Origin: a virus
Direction: 5' to 3' (one strand)
Length of the DNA: 63,186 bases
IMG/VR virus record: IMGVR_UViG_3300032144_000010
The translations under genes and the position numbers were made by a program. Shown one piece after another: positions 1 through 7,974 of the stretch; the stretch's first letter is position 1, and each line of letters starts with the position of its first letter. The notes under the pieces are model-generated. The model was given only the letters and a program-made list of their open reading frames with translations, ran no database searches and was not told the origin of the DNA.

Positions 1-127
1 GCCGTGCGTGCGGTGATCGGCGACGTCGCGATGCGGGCAACCGACGGTACTTCGACGAGGGTGACGTGGCTAGGGTCGAAGACGTACTCCGGCGTGACAA
101 GAGCCGCCATGATGACGTCGTTCACCC
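1..127. repeat. 127-bp terminal direct repeat (identical to 63060..63186); circular-assembly overlap or terminal redundancy
   Basis: Read directly: gccgtgcgtgcggtgatcgg...gatgacgtcgttcaccc occurs at both ends of the window. Confidence 0.95.
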
Positions 128-185
128 AGTGGATGTGCTTCGTCAGGAACCGTTCACGGGCCGACGGGTAGAGCGTGTTCATCGG

Positions 186-824
186 TCACGCCCACTTCGG
201 AAAACGGAACGGTACCTCGTCGCGGACGAACAACTTGCGCGCCTGATCGCGCGCGGTGGCGATGCCGGTGCGGAACAACTTCGCATGCAGCGTGGCGACC
301 GTGGCGTCGGTGTAGGGCTTGCCCGGCATGGCGCACAGGCGGTAGATCGCGCCGCTCAGAATCGTGTCGTACCACTGCGACTCGAACTGCTCCGGGAAAT
401 TCTCGGTGCAGCCCGGCGAGTATCCGAACGCGACGTGCGGCACGATCAGCGACGTCGTTGCCGTCATCGGCGTCGGCGACAACGTGAAGCGGTTCGGCTC
501 GTTCAGGTAGCGCCGATAGTGGAACGGCATGTCGCCCTGAGACGTCGGGTACGTCAGCCACTGCTCGACGGTGAGCGCCTTCAGCGGACGGCCCTCGAAG
601 TACATCCCGTAGATGAACAGGATCGGCCCCTGCGGCTGCTTCGGGATCGTGTAGTCCGCGTGCCCCGGCCGGAGCCGGATGCCGGGAATCTCCATCGCGT
701 AGGCCCCGCTCTTGCGCAGGAACTCCGCGATGGCCTTGTCGAGCGCGAGCTTGATCGCGCCCATCGGCGCGCCAGCCACGTTGACCATCAATTCGTCGTG
801 CCATGTCGAGAGCTTGATCGTCAT
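186..824 (-). CDS. virion-module protein, function unknown (212 aa)
   Basis: Clean ORF in the minus-strand virion operon, 2 nt downstream of the preceding gene (827). I recognise no motif. Confidence 0.6.
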   Translation of the reverse strand: MTIKLSTWHDELMVNVAGAPMGAIKLALDKAIAEFLRKSGAYAMEIPGIRLRPGHADYTIPKQPQGPILFIYGMYFEGRPLKALTVEQWLTYPTSQGDMPFHYRRYLNEPNRFTLSPTPMTATTSLIVPHVAFGYSPGCTENFPEQFESQWYDTILSGAIYRLCAMPGKPYTDATVATLHAKLFRTGIATARDQARKLFVRDEVPFRFPKWA

Positions 825-826
825 GG

Positions 827-1186
827 CTACATGTTCCGCGTCATGAGCTTCGCGCCGAAGCGCATCAGCAGCGCGGCCGCGCGCCCCTCCTCCACGTACT
901 CGTCTTCTTCCACGGACACCATGCCGACCATGTACTCGATGAACGGCGACTGGTACATGTATTCGAGCGGGAACGGCACCGCGAAGTCCGTCTTGGCGAA
1001 GGCGAACTCTTTGGTGGAGATGTCGGGAAGGAACAGGTCCGGGCGCAGACGCTTCGCGTCCATGAGCGCCATGTTAAGGTAGCGGCAGAGCTTCTCGTCG
1101 ATGTGGCGATAGGGAGCCTTCGCAGGATCACGATTGTCCTGCAACAGGTCACGCGCTGTGGTGACAAGCTCCCCGATAGTCGCCAT
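827..1186 (-). CDS. putative head-completion/adaptor-type virion protein (119 aa)
   Basis: Small ORF a few genes after the capsid gene. The N-terminal pattern L..AR.LL.D....YR...L..YLN.A....RLRPDL resembles phage adaptor families from memory only. Confidence 0.45.
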   Translation of the reverse strand: MATIGELVTTARDLLQDNRDPAKAPYRHIDEKLCRYLNMALMDAKRLRPDLFLPDISTKEFAFAKTDFAVPFPLEYMYQSPFIEYMVGMVSVEEDEYVEEGRAAALLMRFGAKLMTRNM

Positions 1187-1195
1187 GCCGCGCCA

Positions 1196-1564
1196 TTACC
1201 GCTTCTTGCCCGTCGGAGCAGGGGACGGAGCCGGCGGCGGAACTTCGCCACCATCCTCGCCTTCCTCGAACTCCGTATCGACATGCCGCACGGGTTCCGG
1301 CAGCTGGCCGGTCTCGCCGACGGTCTCGCCGCCGACGCCTTCGCCGCCTGTGGCCTCGCCACCGACCCCACCAGCTGACGTGTCCTCGCCCTTCGGCGCG
1401 GCCGGGGGCTCCCCCAGCGGCGGGCCGTAGAACTCGTACTGGCTGGACGCCATCAGGTGTTCGTTGGCGTAGAGGATCATCCCGTTCTCGCGGTGCTTGC
1501 ACAGCTGACCCTTCGGGATTTCCACAGGCTTCGGCGCTTCGATCATTGGACTATCCATCTCCAC
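1196..1564 (-). CDS. hypothetical virion-module protein with Gly/Glu/Pro-rich C-terminus (start may be Met at 1546)
   Basis: ORF in operon context. It overlaps the upstream gene by 22 nt unless the internal Met at 1546 is used. Confidence 0.5.
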   Translation of the reverse strand: MEMDSPMIEAPKPVEIPKGQLCKHRENGMILYANEHLMASSQYEFYGPPLGEPPAAPKGEDTSAGGVGGEATGGEGVGGETVGETGQLPEPVRHVDTEFEEGEDGGEVPPPAPSPAPTGKKR

Positions 1565-1863
1565 GGGGCGACGACCGTGCTGCCGTTCGGCAGCGTGACC
1601 GTCACGTTGGGGGTTCCCGACCCGAGAGCCGTCGGCGTGCCGCTCACGACGCCAGAAGCGGCGTTGATCGCCATGCCGGTCGGCAACGTGGTCGAGGCGA
1701 AGTTCGTCCCGGTCGGGAAGTACGGCCGGAACGAGAATGTCTGGCCCGCGAGGTTCTGCGTGAACACTCCGGCCGGGAGGCGAAGTTCGCCGATCCCGTA
1801 AGGGCTGCTGCCGCTGGAATCGCGCTTCTGGACCTCGCGCAGATGGCGCTGGCTACGGGGCAT
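1543..1863 (-). CDS. Ig-like (He_PIG-type) domain protein, candidate capsid decoration protein
   Basis: LPTGMAINAASGVVSGTPTALGSGTPNVTV matches the LP.G...d..tG.isGTPt..G signature of putative Ig domains. It is the first gene after the capsid gene. AGGAGG lies upstream of the ATG. Confidence 0.6.
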   Translation of the reverse strand: MPRSQRHLREVQKRDSSGSSPYGIGELRLPAGVFTQNLAGQTFSFRPYFPTGTNFASTTLPTGMAINAASGVVSGTPTALGSGTPNVTVTLPNGSTVVAPWRWIVQ

Positions 1864-1880
1864 GGCGCGCGTCCTCCTGA

Positions 1881-1922
1881 GAGAGAAACCCGGCGGCGGA
1901 CGCCTGCATCGCCGCCGCCGGG
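1881..1922 (-). terminator. intrinsic-terminator-like hairpin after the major capsid gene
   Basis: An 11-bp GC stem (1889-1899 pairs with 1912-1922) with a 12-nt loop. On the minus strand it is followed by TTTCTCTC. It lies 20 nt after the capsid stop codon. Confidence 0.55.
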
Positions 1923-1941
1923 TGGTTGCCGCGAACGAGGC

Positions 1942-2934
1942 TCACGCCCCGCGAACAGCGCCCAGCGTGATAGCCGTGAAGTCCACCAGCTTGCGACCGT
2001 AGACCTGCAAGCCGCGCAGCAGCGTGCCGAACGTGGACTCGGCGCGCAGGGTCTCGACCTTGCTCAGCTGGCTGGCGAAGGTGAGGCCGTGCTGGTGGCC
2101 TGCGAAGATGTACGTCGCAGCGCCGCCCGCCCCGGAGGCCGTGGTCGGCAGCAGGTTGCTGGAGTAGATCGTGAAGCGATCCACCATGCCCAGCCGCCCG
2201 TTGCGCAGGATGCTGGTGCCGTCGCCGGTCAGCGAGGCATCACGCAGTTCCGACTTCTTGATCCGCGATGCGAACCACGCCGGCACGACGATCCAGCGTC
2301 CCGTCTCCGGGATGTTCTGCTCGTCGAGGGCCTGCCCCATGTCCACGATCATGTCGATGGGGGTCTTCTGGCCCGCCGTCGGCGCGGTCGCGACGATGTC
2401 GATGGGAACAGCAGCGCCTGCGGCCGGGTTGCCGAGGTTGATGTTGCCGCTGATCTTGCCGGCAGTCGTCCCGGAGTTGTCGGTGTTGGTGTCGGCAGCG
2501 ATCATCGCCGACGCGAGGTACGCGAGGACCTCGGTGTCGATCTTGATCTTCATCTGCTCGGAGGCGTCGTCCGCCCACATCGACAGCTGGTCGAGGTCGG
2601 CCTGCACTTCCATGACATCGTCGAGGACGGTGTTCCAGTAGAAGCCTTGGTCGATCAGCAGGTCGATCACGTTGCTCGCCGGACGGGTCACGGTGAGCGA
2701 CTGGTCGGCCTGATACGAGGCGATGGCGATGGTCGGCTTGGTGCGAATCTTCACCTTGTCGCCGTGGCCCTTGATCTCGCCTTCCCAGCTGGTGTTGGCG
2801 ATCTGCGCGAGCACCGTGGCTGCGTAGAACTTCTCCAGCACCTGCCCGGACCAGATTTCCGGGATGAATGTTCCGCTGTACGCGGGGTTTGCTGCTGCAC
2901 CGGCCCACGGTGCGCCTGCGACGGGATAGGCCAT
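1942..2934 (-). CDS. major capsid protein (330 aa)
   Basis: Position after portal and scaffold. Size and N-terminal ...GTFIPEIWSGQVLEKFY... are typical of HK97-fold/P22-coat-like capsid proteins (memory). It is followed by a terminator hairpin. Confidence 0.8.
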   Translation of the reverse strand: MAYPVAGAPWAGAAANPAYSGTFIPEIWSGQVLEKFYAATVLAQIANTSWEGEIKGHGDKVKIRTKPTIAIASYQADQSLTVTRPASNVIDLLIDQGFYWNTVLDDVMEVQADLDQLSMWADDASEQMKIKIDTEVLAYLASAMIAADTNTDNSGTTAGKISGNINLGNPAAGAAVPIDIVATAPTAGQKTPIDMIVDMGQALDEQNIPETGRWIVVPAWFASRIKKSELRDASLTGDGTSILRNGRLGMVDRFTIYSSNLLPTTASGAGGAATYIFAGHQHGLTFASQLSKVETLRAESTFGTLLRGLQVYGRKLVDFTAITLGAVRGA

Positions 2935-2956
2935 GGCCTAGCTCTCCTGTTTGGGT

Positions 2957-4018
2957 TTACCGGATACGGCCCTCGCGAGCCGCAGCGATGAGGTCCTGTT
3001 CGAGGCGCACGCGTTCGTCGTGACGATTCGCGTAGACACCCCGGCGAATGTCGTCGTAGAACATCGCCACTTCAGGGCGTGTCCACACGCGACCGTTCGA
3101 CTGAGGCACGCTCTGGCCGGTCGGAGACTGGGGCCTGCCCGGAGCCACCAGCGTCTGGATCGGTACTTGGGGCTGGCGCGGCTGTGGCGGCGTCGGCCCG
3201 TTACCTCCCGGAGCTTGGGGAGTCACGGCAGCGGTCTGGTCGAGATACCCCCGGAAGAACGCGATGACTCGCGTTGCATCCAGATTGGTTGCGGCGGTAT
3301 TTAGCATTTCCTGCCGGGTCTGTCCAGCATACGGATCAACTTGGGCCAGCCACTGGAGGAAATTGGGGTCGGTGTTCAGCTGGGCGTAGTTCGGGACCGC
3401 GCGCTCCAGCGCCGCGTACATCCGGTCCACGGCCGTCACCTGCACCTGCTCGCGCACCTGCGCGATCTCGGGCTCCATGACCTCGCGCGCGGCCCGGTGG
3501 ATGACGTCGATCATGTCCTCGCCGTAGTCCGCGATCTCCTCGGGCTTGAGATAGCGGCCGTTGCGGGGGACGGGTGCGGGAGCGGCCCCGTTCGCCCCGT
3601 TTGGGGCGGCCGCCGGGTGCTGCCGATTGGTCCGAAGCTCCTGAATCAGGGTGTTCTGGTTCTGGAGCAGCGTGCGAAGCTCGCCCATTTCCTTCTGGTG
3701 GCGCTGCTGCTGGGCCGACATCATGCCCTGCACGGTGCGATACCGGTGTTCCCAGTCGATGGGCTGCCCGTCAGGCGTCTGCTGGGCACCCTGCGGCGGC
3801 ACAGGAGGCGTTTCCGGCGTCTGGGGGGCATCGGGAGTCACCGGAGGAGTCTGCGGGGCCTCTGGCGGCGTCTCCGGGCCGCCCGACGGGACCTCGGGCG
3901 GCGTTTCCGGGGGCGTCGGAGCCGCCCCGTTGGGCTGCTGGACAGCCTTGCCGTAGATCGAGGCATGCAGTTCAGCCGATGCGCGGCTCTGTTGGCGGAC
4001 GGCGGCAGGTATGTTCAC
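2957..4018 (-). CDS. scaffolding protein (353 aa)
   Basis: Sits immediately upstream of the capsid gene. It has a Pro/Thr/Glu low-complexity N-part and a Gln/Glu/Arg-rich helical middle (QQQRHQKEMGELRTLLQNQNTLIQELR). Confidence 0.65.
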   Translation of the reverse strand: MNIPAAVRQQSRASAELHASIYGKAVQQPNGAAPTPPETPPEVPSGGPETPPEAPQTPPVTPDAPQTPETPPVPPQGAQQTPDGQPIDWEHRYRTVQGMMSAQQQRHQKEMGELRTLLQNQNTLIQELRTNRQHPAAAPNGANGAAPAPVPRNGRYLKPEEIADYGEDMIDVIHRAAREVMEPEIAQVREQVQVTAVDRMYAALERAVPNYAQLNTDPNFLQWLAQVDPYAGQTRQEMLNTAATNLDATRVIAFFRGYLDQTAAVTPQAPGGNGPTPPQPRQPQVPIQTLVAPGRPQSPTGQSVPQSNGRVWTRPEVAMFYDDIRRGVYANRHDERVRLEQDLIAAAREGRIR

Positions 4019-4020
4019 GG

Positions 4021-4272
4021 TCAGGTCCTCTGTCGCAGGTTTTCGAGGCGTTTGGGCGCTTCTTGGAACGCCTCCAGAAACTGGCTGAGCCCACGAACGA
4101 TGCCTTGCAGGTTCATGATCTCGTTTTGGCCGTTGGAAAACACGAGCTTCTTGGTCGCTTCGCCCGTGTAGTCGGCAACGTCCCGGATAACGATGGCAAA
4201 CCGTGGGTCCGAACGCAGGGAAACGAGGGCTTCGAGCGCTTCAGGCGATTGCAGGAGTTGCCGCGCGCTCAA
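4021..4272 (-). CDS. hypothetical head-module protein (ORF open to 4353; TTG at 4272 gives a TTGA overlap with the upstream stop)
   Basis: The ORF ends 3 nt before the scaffold start. The only start compatible with the upstream gene (stop at 4269) is TTG at 4272. Confidence 0.45.
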   Translation of the reverse strand: MSARQLLQSPEALEALVSLRSDPRFAIVIRDVADYTGEATKKLVFSNGQNEIMNLQGIVRGLSQFLEAFQEAPKRLENLRQRT

Positions 4273-4520
4273 TCGGACGGCCTCCCGGAGTCGAACGCCG
4301 GCACGCCGTTCTCCTCCAGCGACTGCTCGGGGCGCGCCTTGTCGCCATACCACGACCGACGCGTACCGCCGGAGAAGAACCCGTCCCCGGCACCTTCGGT
4401 GCGGAAGGCCGGCTTCGAGCGATAGGGGTTGCCCCCCTCGTGTTCGCCGTCGCCCTTGCCCTTCTTGAAGTTCCGGCGGCGGTTCTTGCCATCGTGGCTG
4501 TACTTGCGCTGCGTGCCCAT
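4269..4520 (-). CDS. small basic Lys/Arg/Gly-rich protein (83 aa)
   Basis: MGTQRKYSHDGKNRRRNFKKGKGDGEHEGG... GAGGG lies 7 nt upstream of the ATG. Confidence 0.55.
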   Translation of the reverse strand: MGTQRKYSHDGKNRRRNFKKGKGDGEHEGGNPYRSKPAFRTEGAGDGFFSGGTRRSWYGDKARPEQSLEENGVPAFDSGRPSD

Positions 4521-4530
4521 GGTCAGGCCC

Positions 4531-4668
4531 TCACTTCTTGCCCTTCAGGAAGGCGGGAAACTTGCCCTTTTTCCCGCCTTTTTTGCCCTTCGTGGGCTTC
4601 TTCGCGTCGGTCTCGCCCTTTGCGCCGAACGGCGGGGCCTTGTTCCCGGCAAACGGGTTCTTGCTCAT
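4531..4668 (-). CDS. very small basic Lys/Gly-rich protein (45 aa; below the ORF-track cutoff)
   Basis: Hand translation: MSKNPFAGNKAPPFGAKGETDAKKPTKGKKGGKKGKFPAFLKGKK*. GAGGG lies upstream, in the same context (GAGGGCCT.GAC.ATG) as the neighbouring gene. Confidence 0.5.
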   Translation of the reverse strand: MSKNPFAGNKAPPFGAKGETDAKKPTKGKKGGKKGKFPAFLKGKK

Positions 4669-4694
4669 GTCGAGGCCCTCGCTGGTTCAGAGAT

Positions 4695-5297
4695 TCAGGT
4701 CTTGGCGTACCGGTTGCGCCGGCTCTCGCGCTCTTTCTCGACGACCGCGCTGCGGCGCTTCGCCATCTCGGCGGCGGAGCGCTTGACCGCGCCGCCAACG
4801 TCGATGGAGCGCCCCACCAGCGGCGCGGCGCGCGCGTCGGCGCGGGCCATGGTCGCACGGTTCTGTGCCCGGTTGCGCCGGTCCGTGTCCCGGATGCGCT
4901 CCAGCAGGCCCATCTCGCTGCGTGGCTTCTGCACGCGCGCCGCCGACGCGCCGCGCGACTGCGCACCCCGCGCGCGGGCCGCATCGACCTCGGTCTTGCT
5001 GGCTGCCTTGGCCCGGTTGCGGATCGCCACGACCTCGCTCGGGTCGAGCGAGTCGCCGAGCTTGCGCCGCGCAGCAGCGGGGGACATGTTGTTGCTCTGC
5101 GCAGCGGGCTTCGGCGCAGGAGCCGGCGCGGCCGCGCGCGGCGCTGGGGCCGTCGGTTTGGCTTTCGCAGCATCGCGCTTGCCGACCAACGAATCGACGT
5201 AGTCGGCAGCGGACATGCCCTTCGGGCGCGAACTGGGCGTCGGCGTGTACGCCTTGCCCATGATCTTCTCGACGCCTTTCTCGCTGTACTTCGGCAT
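4695..5297 (-). CDS. basic Ala/Arg/Lys-rich head-module protein (200 aa)
   Basis: ORF between portal and scaffold, with Ala/Pro linker and Arg-rich helices. Confidence 0.6.
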   Translation of the reverse strand: MPKYSEKGVEKIMGKAYTPTPSSRPKGMSAADYVDSLVGKRDAAKAKPTAPAPRAAAPAPAPKPAAQSNNMSPAAARRKLGDSLDPSEVVAIRNRAKAASKTEVDAARARGAQSRGASAARVQKPRSEMGLLERIRDTDRRNRAQNRATMARADARAAPLVGRSIDVGGAVKRSAAEMAKRRSAVVEKERESRRNRYAKT

Positions 5298-5323
5298 AGC
5301 GGCAACCCTCCGATGCAGCGCGC

Positions 5324-5515
5324 TCAGCGCGCCTTGCAGGTCTTATTGCTGCCAAAGGACCACGCCTTGCCCTTCTTGCCCTTCTGCATCGAGTCCTGCG
5401 ACTTCGGTGCCTCGGCGTGGTGGACCGGCTCGGCATGCGTCTGGAGCGTCTTGGTGTGGCCGTCGCCCTGCGACTGACGCGTGCGGCCCTTCTTCGGCTG
5501 GCGGAACGTACCCAT
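5324..5515 (-). CDS. small basic protein (63 aa)
   Basis: Internal Met of ORF 5324..5782. The ATG at 5515 lies directly adjacent to the portal stop (5517-5519) with 1 nt between them. GGAGG lies upstream. Sequence MGTFRQPKKGRTRQSQGDGHTK... Confidence 0.5.
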   Translation of the reverse strand: MGTFRQPKKGRTRQSQGDGHTKTLQTHAEPVHHAEAPKSQDSMQKGKKGKAWSFGSNKTCKAR

Positions 5516-5516
5516 G

Positions 5517-7640
5517 TCAGCGACCTCCGGGTGGTGCAGCGGCCGCAGGCCCCTGCGAGCGGTGCATGTTGTCGGTCTCGGCCCCGAGCCGGTTCTGCTC
5601 GTCGCCGGGTTTCGGTGGCTGGTTGCCCTGCGCCTGCGCGCCGGCCTGCTGCAACAGCGCTGCTTGCTGTGCCGCTTGCTGCATCTGCTGCATCTGCTCG
5701 GGGTTCGGCACGATCTCCTCGCCGGGCAGCGCAAGGTCTTCGCTGAGCGCCCGCAGTATAGCCGCGCGGCCGGGGAGACCAACGATCTGCATGTCGATGG
5801 GGTTGGCCGTGGCCTGAAGGAACTCGATCCGGCGCATCCGGTCGGTCTCCTTCTGGAGCGCGCGGGTGACGCCCTTCACGACGATGGACTCGTCGCCTTT
5901 CAGCGTCGAGCCGCCGTCGGTCAGCATGACCATGATGTACAGGTCCTCCAGCAGCGGCTGGAGGATGTTGCGGTCGATGGTCGCGGCTACGTTCTGGAGA
6001 ACCTTCGACGCGTTGTTCATCAGCATCGACAGGCCGGAAGCCGTGCTGGCCGCGCCGCCCTGCGCCTGCCCGGAGCCGGTGATGTACCGGGGGATGGCAG
6101 AGACCTCGTCGGCCATGTTCACCATCTGGCCGTACACGCCCAGCAGTTCCTGCGCGTTGCTGGCCGGCTGGAAGAAGTCCACCGGCTTCTCGGCGTTCGT
6201 GTTCCCGAGAGGATCGCTCAGCACGAACCAGCGCTTCCACGGATACAGCGTGTTGCCGTCCGTGGTCGGAGAGAGGCGGTCTTCGTTCACCACGACCTGC
6301 GGGCCGGACGAGATGGACAGGTTGTTCACCAGCGAGCGGAACGCGGCGTTGGCGACGTCTTGGATGTCGCCGATCAGTTCCGAGAGCGCATTGCCGACGA
6401 TGGAACCCGGCACGCTGTCGAAGCTAGCCGAGTAATACGGGGTCCGCTTCTTCGGGTTGGGGTTCAGCTGCACCTTGATCGCATACCGCCCGACAAACCA
6501 GCAGGTGACGTAGTAGTCGAGGATGGGGTCGGGGATTTCCTTCTCGGTGAATCCGCAGTTCAAGTCGAGCAGCAGCTGCCCGCGCACGGGACCGTTGAAT
6601 TCCAAGCCGTCGAGCATCTCGGCGTCGTTGACACTGGGATTTTCCTTGCTCTCGGCGTATGCCCGAACGGTCTCGTAGTCGTCCAGCCACTCGAAGTACC
6701 CCGTGGAGTAGTCCGTCAGAACGCGCCGTATCTGCTCCTCGATGAAGCCGGCAATGCCGATCAGCGACGACAGGTCGGCGCGGGAATACTTGATGCGTTC
6801 TACGGTCCATCCGTCGTCGATCTTGTTCACACCGGGGGAGAAGTACAGGTCGAACGGGCTCACGCGCCGCCACTGCATCTTGGGCTTCGTGACGCTTGTC
6901 GCGAGCCCCTCCACCCAGTCGATCTCCGTCACGTTGGTGACGACCGGCCCCTTCAGGTAGGCCACCGGGAAGATCGGCAGGTCGCACAGGAACTCCGCCA
7001 GCGCGTCGTAGAACCCGCCCTCGGTCAGGATGTCGTTCAGGTACCGCTCCGCGCGCTTGGCGGCTTCCTGCGCCTGCTTCTGCGCGGCTTGAAACGCGGC
7101 GTCCACCAGCCCTTGCGTGCGCGCCGTCAGCTGCTCCTCGGAGGGCGGCATGCCCGCCTCGGTCATGTTCGCGACTTCCTGCGCGATCAACTCCGTGATG
7201 GACGTCGAGATGTCCTGCGGCAACGATGGCACGGGCGTCGGTGAGATGCCCCACGCCGGGTCCGCGCCGAGAAACACGTCGCGCAGCATGCTGGTCGCGC
7301 CACGGCACTTCACGGCGGTGAGACGCGAGTAGACCTCGGAGCCGCCGAACTTGCGGATTTCCGCGAGCTTCTCGGGCTCGTACTCGCCCGAGTAGGCCCG
7401 CAGGCACTTCATCAGGCGCAGGTTGATCCGGTTCTGAGTGCGGTTGCGCTTGGCGATCTCGAAGCAGCGCTTTACGTGCGCGAGGAAGTTGTCGTAGGCG
7501 TTCGGCTGGCTGGCAAGGTACGCCTCGTTGTCGGCGGCCTGCTTGGCGCGCTCGGAGGCGATCAGGGCGGCCGGCGGTACCGCGCGCAGGAGGGGCACGG
7601 AGCCGGGGACAACTGCCGGAGATGCGGGCGGGGGGGCCAT
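5517..7640 (-). CDS. portal protein (707 aa)
   Basis: A large ORF between TerL and the scaffold/capsid genes, with canonical size and position. Confidence 0.8.
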   Translation of the reverse strand: MAPPPASPAVVPGSVPLLRAVPPAALIASERAKQAADNEAYLASQPNAYDNFLAHVKRCFEIAKRNRTQNRINLRLMKCLRAYSGEYEPEKLAEIRKFGGSEVYSRLTAVKCRGATSMLRDVFLGADPAWGISPTPVPSLPQDISTSITELIAQEVANMTEAGMPPSEEQLTARTQGLVDAAFQAAQKQAQEAAKRAERYLNDILTEGGFYDALAEFLCDLPIFPVAYLKGPVVTNVTEIDWVEGLATSVTKPKMQWRRVSPFDLYFSPGVNKIDDGWTVERIKYSRADLSSLIGIAGFIEEQIRRVLTDYSTGYFEWLDDYETVRAYAESKENPSVNDAEMLDGLEFNGPVRGQLLLDLNCGFTEKEIPDPILDYYVTCWFVGRYAIKVQLNPNPKKRTPYYSASFDSVPGSIVGNALSELIGDIQDVANAAFRSLVNNLSISSGPQVVVNEDRLSPTTDGNTLYPWKRWFVLSDPLGNTNAEKPVDFFQPASNAQELLGVYGQMVNMADEVSAIPRYITGSGQAQGGAASTASGLSMLMNNASKVLQNVAATIDRNILQPLLEDLYIMVMLTDGGSTLKGDESIVVKGVTRALQKETDRMRRIEFLQATANPIDMQIVGLPGRAAILRALSEDLALPGEEIVPNPEQMQQMQQAAQQAALLQQAGAQAQGNQPPKPGDEQNRLGAETDNMHRSQGPAAAAPPGGR

Positions 7641-7674
7641 GCCGGGCGAGTCTCCCCGGCATGGCTACACGCTG

Positions 7675-7962
7675 TCAAGGGTTTTCGATGTGGGGCGGCT
7701 TGACCACGACCTGCTTCCAGTCGTGGGACAGCAGGTCGGTCTGGCCGGGGGTCCACACGGCGATGGACCCGTCCGGCAGGTGGATGTCGATGTGCGGGTG
7801 GTACGCGATGGGCGTCCCCTCGGGGAATATCCCGAGCAGCGGGGGACGGTTTACCTCGAAGCGCGACCCCGTAACGAGAAACACGAAGATGCCATCGAGC
7901 CATGCTTCGCGGGTGACGCGGCCGCCGTTCTTGACGACGTGAAGTGCAGCGCAAAAATCCAT
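7675..7962 (-). CDS. DUF2829 / Tad2-like protein (candidate Thoeris anti-defence nucleotide sponge)
   Basis: N-terminal MDF.AAL..VKNGGRVTREAW and C-terminal HIDIHLPDGSIAVWTPGQTDLLSHDWKQV match the DUF2829 signature (M.F..Al..lk.G.kv.R..W ... W..sQ.DlLa.DW.iv) as I remember it. It is moron-like, inserted between terL and portal. Confidence 0.7.
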   Translation of the reverse strand: MDFCAALHVVKNGGRVTREAWLDGIFVFLVTGSRFEVNRPPLLGIFPEGTPIAYHPHIDIHLPDGSIAVWTPGQTDLLSHDWKQVVVKPPHIENP

Positions 7963-7974
7963 GTCGGTCTCCTG

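Noticed and set aside
1-127. Biological direct terminal repeat / mobile-element boundary
   Set aside because: The exact 127-nt length matches a common assembler k-mer, and an operon runs straight through the junction. It cannot be distinguished from a real DTR without reads.
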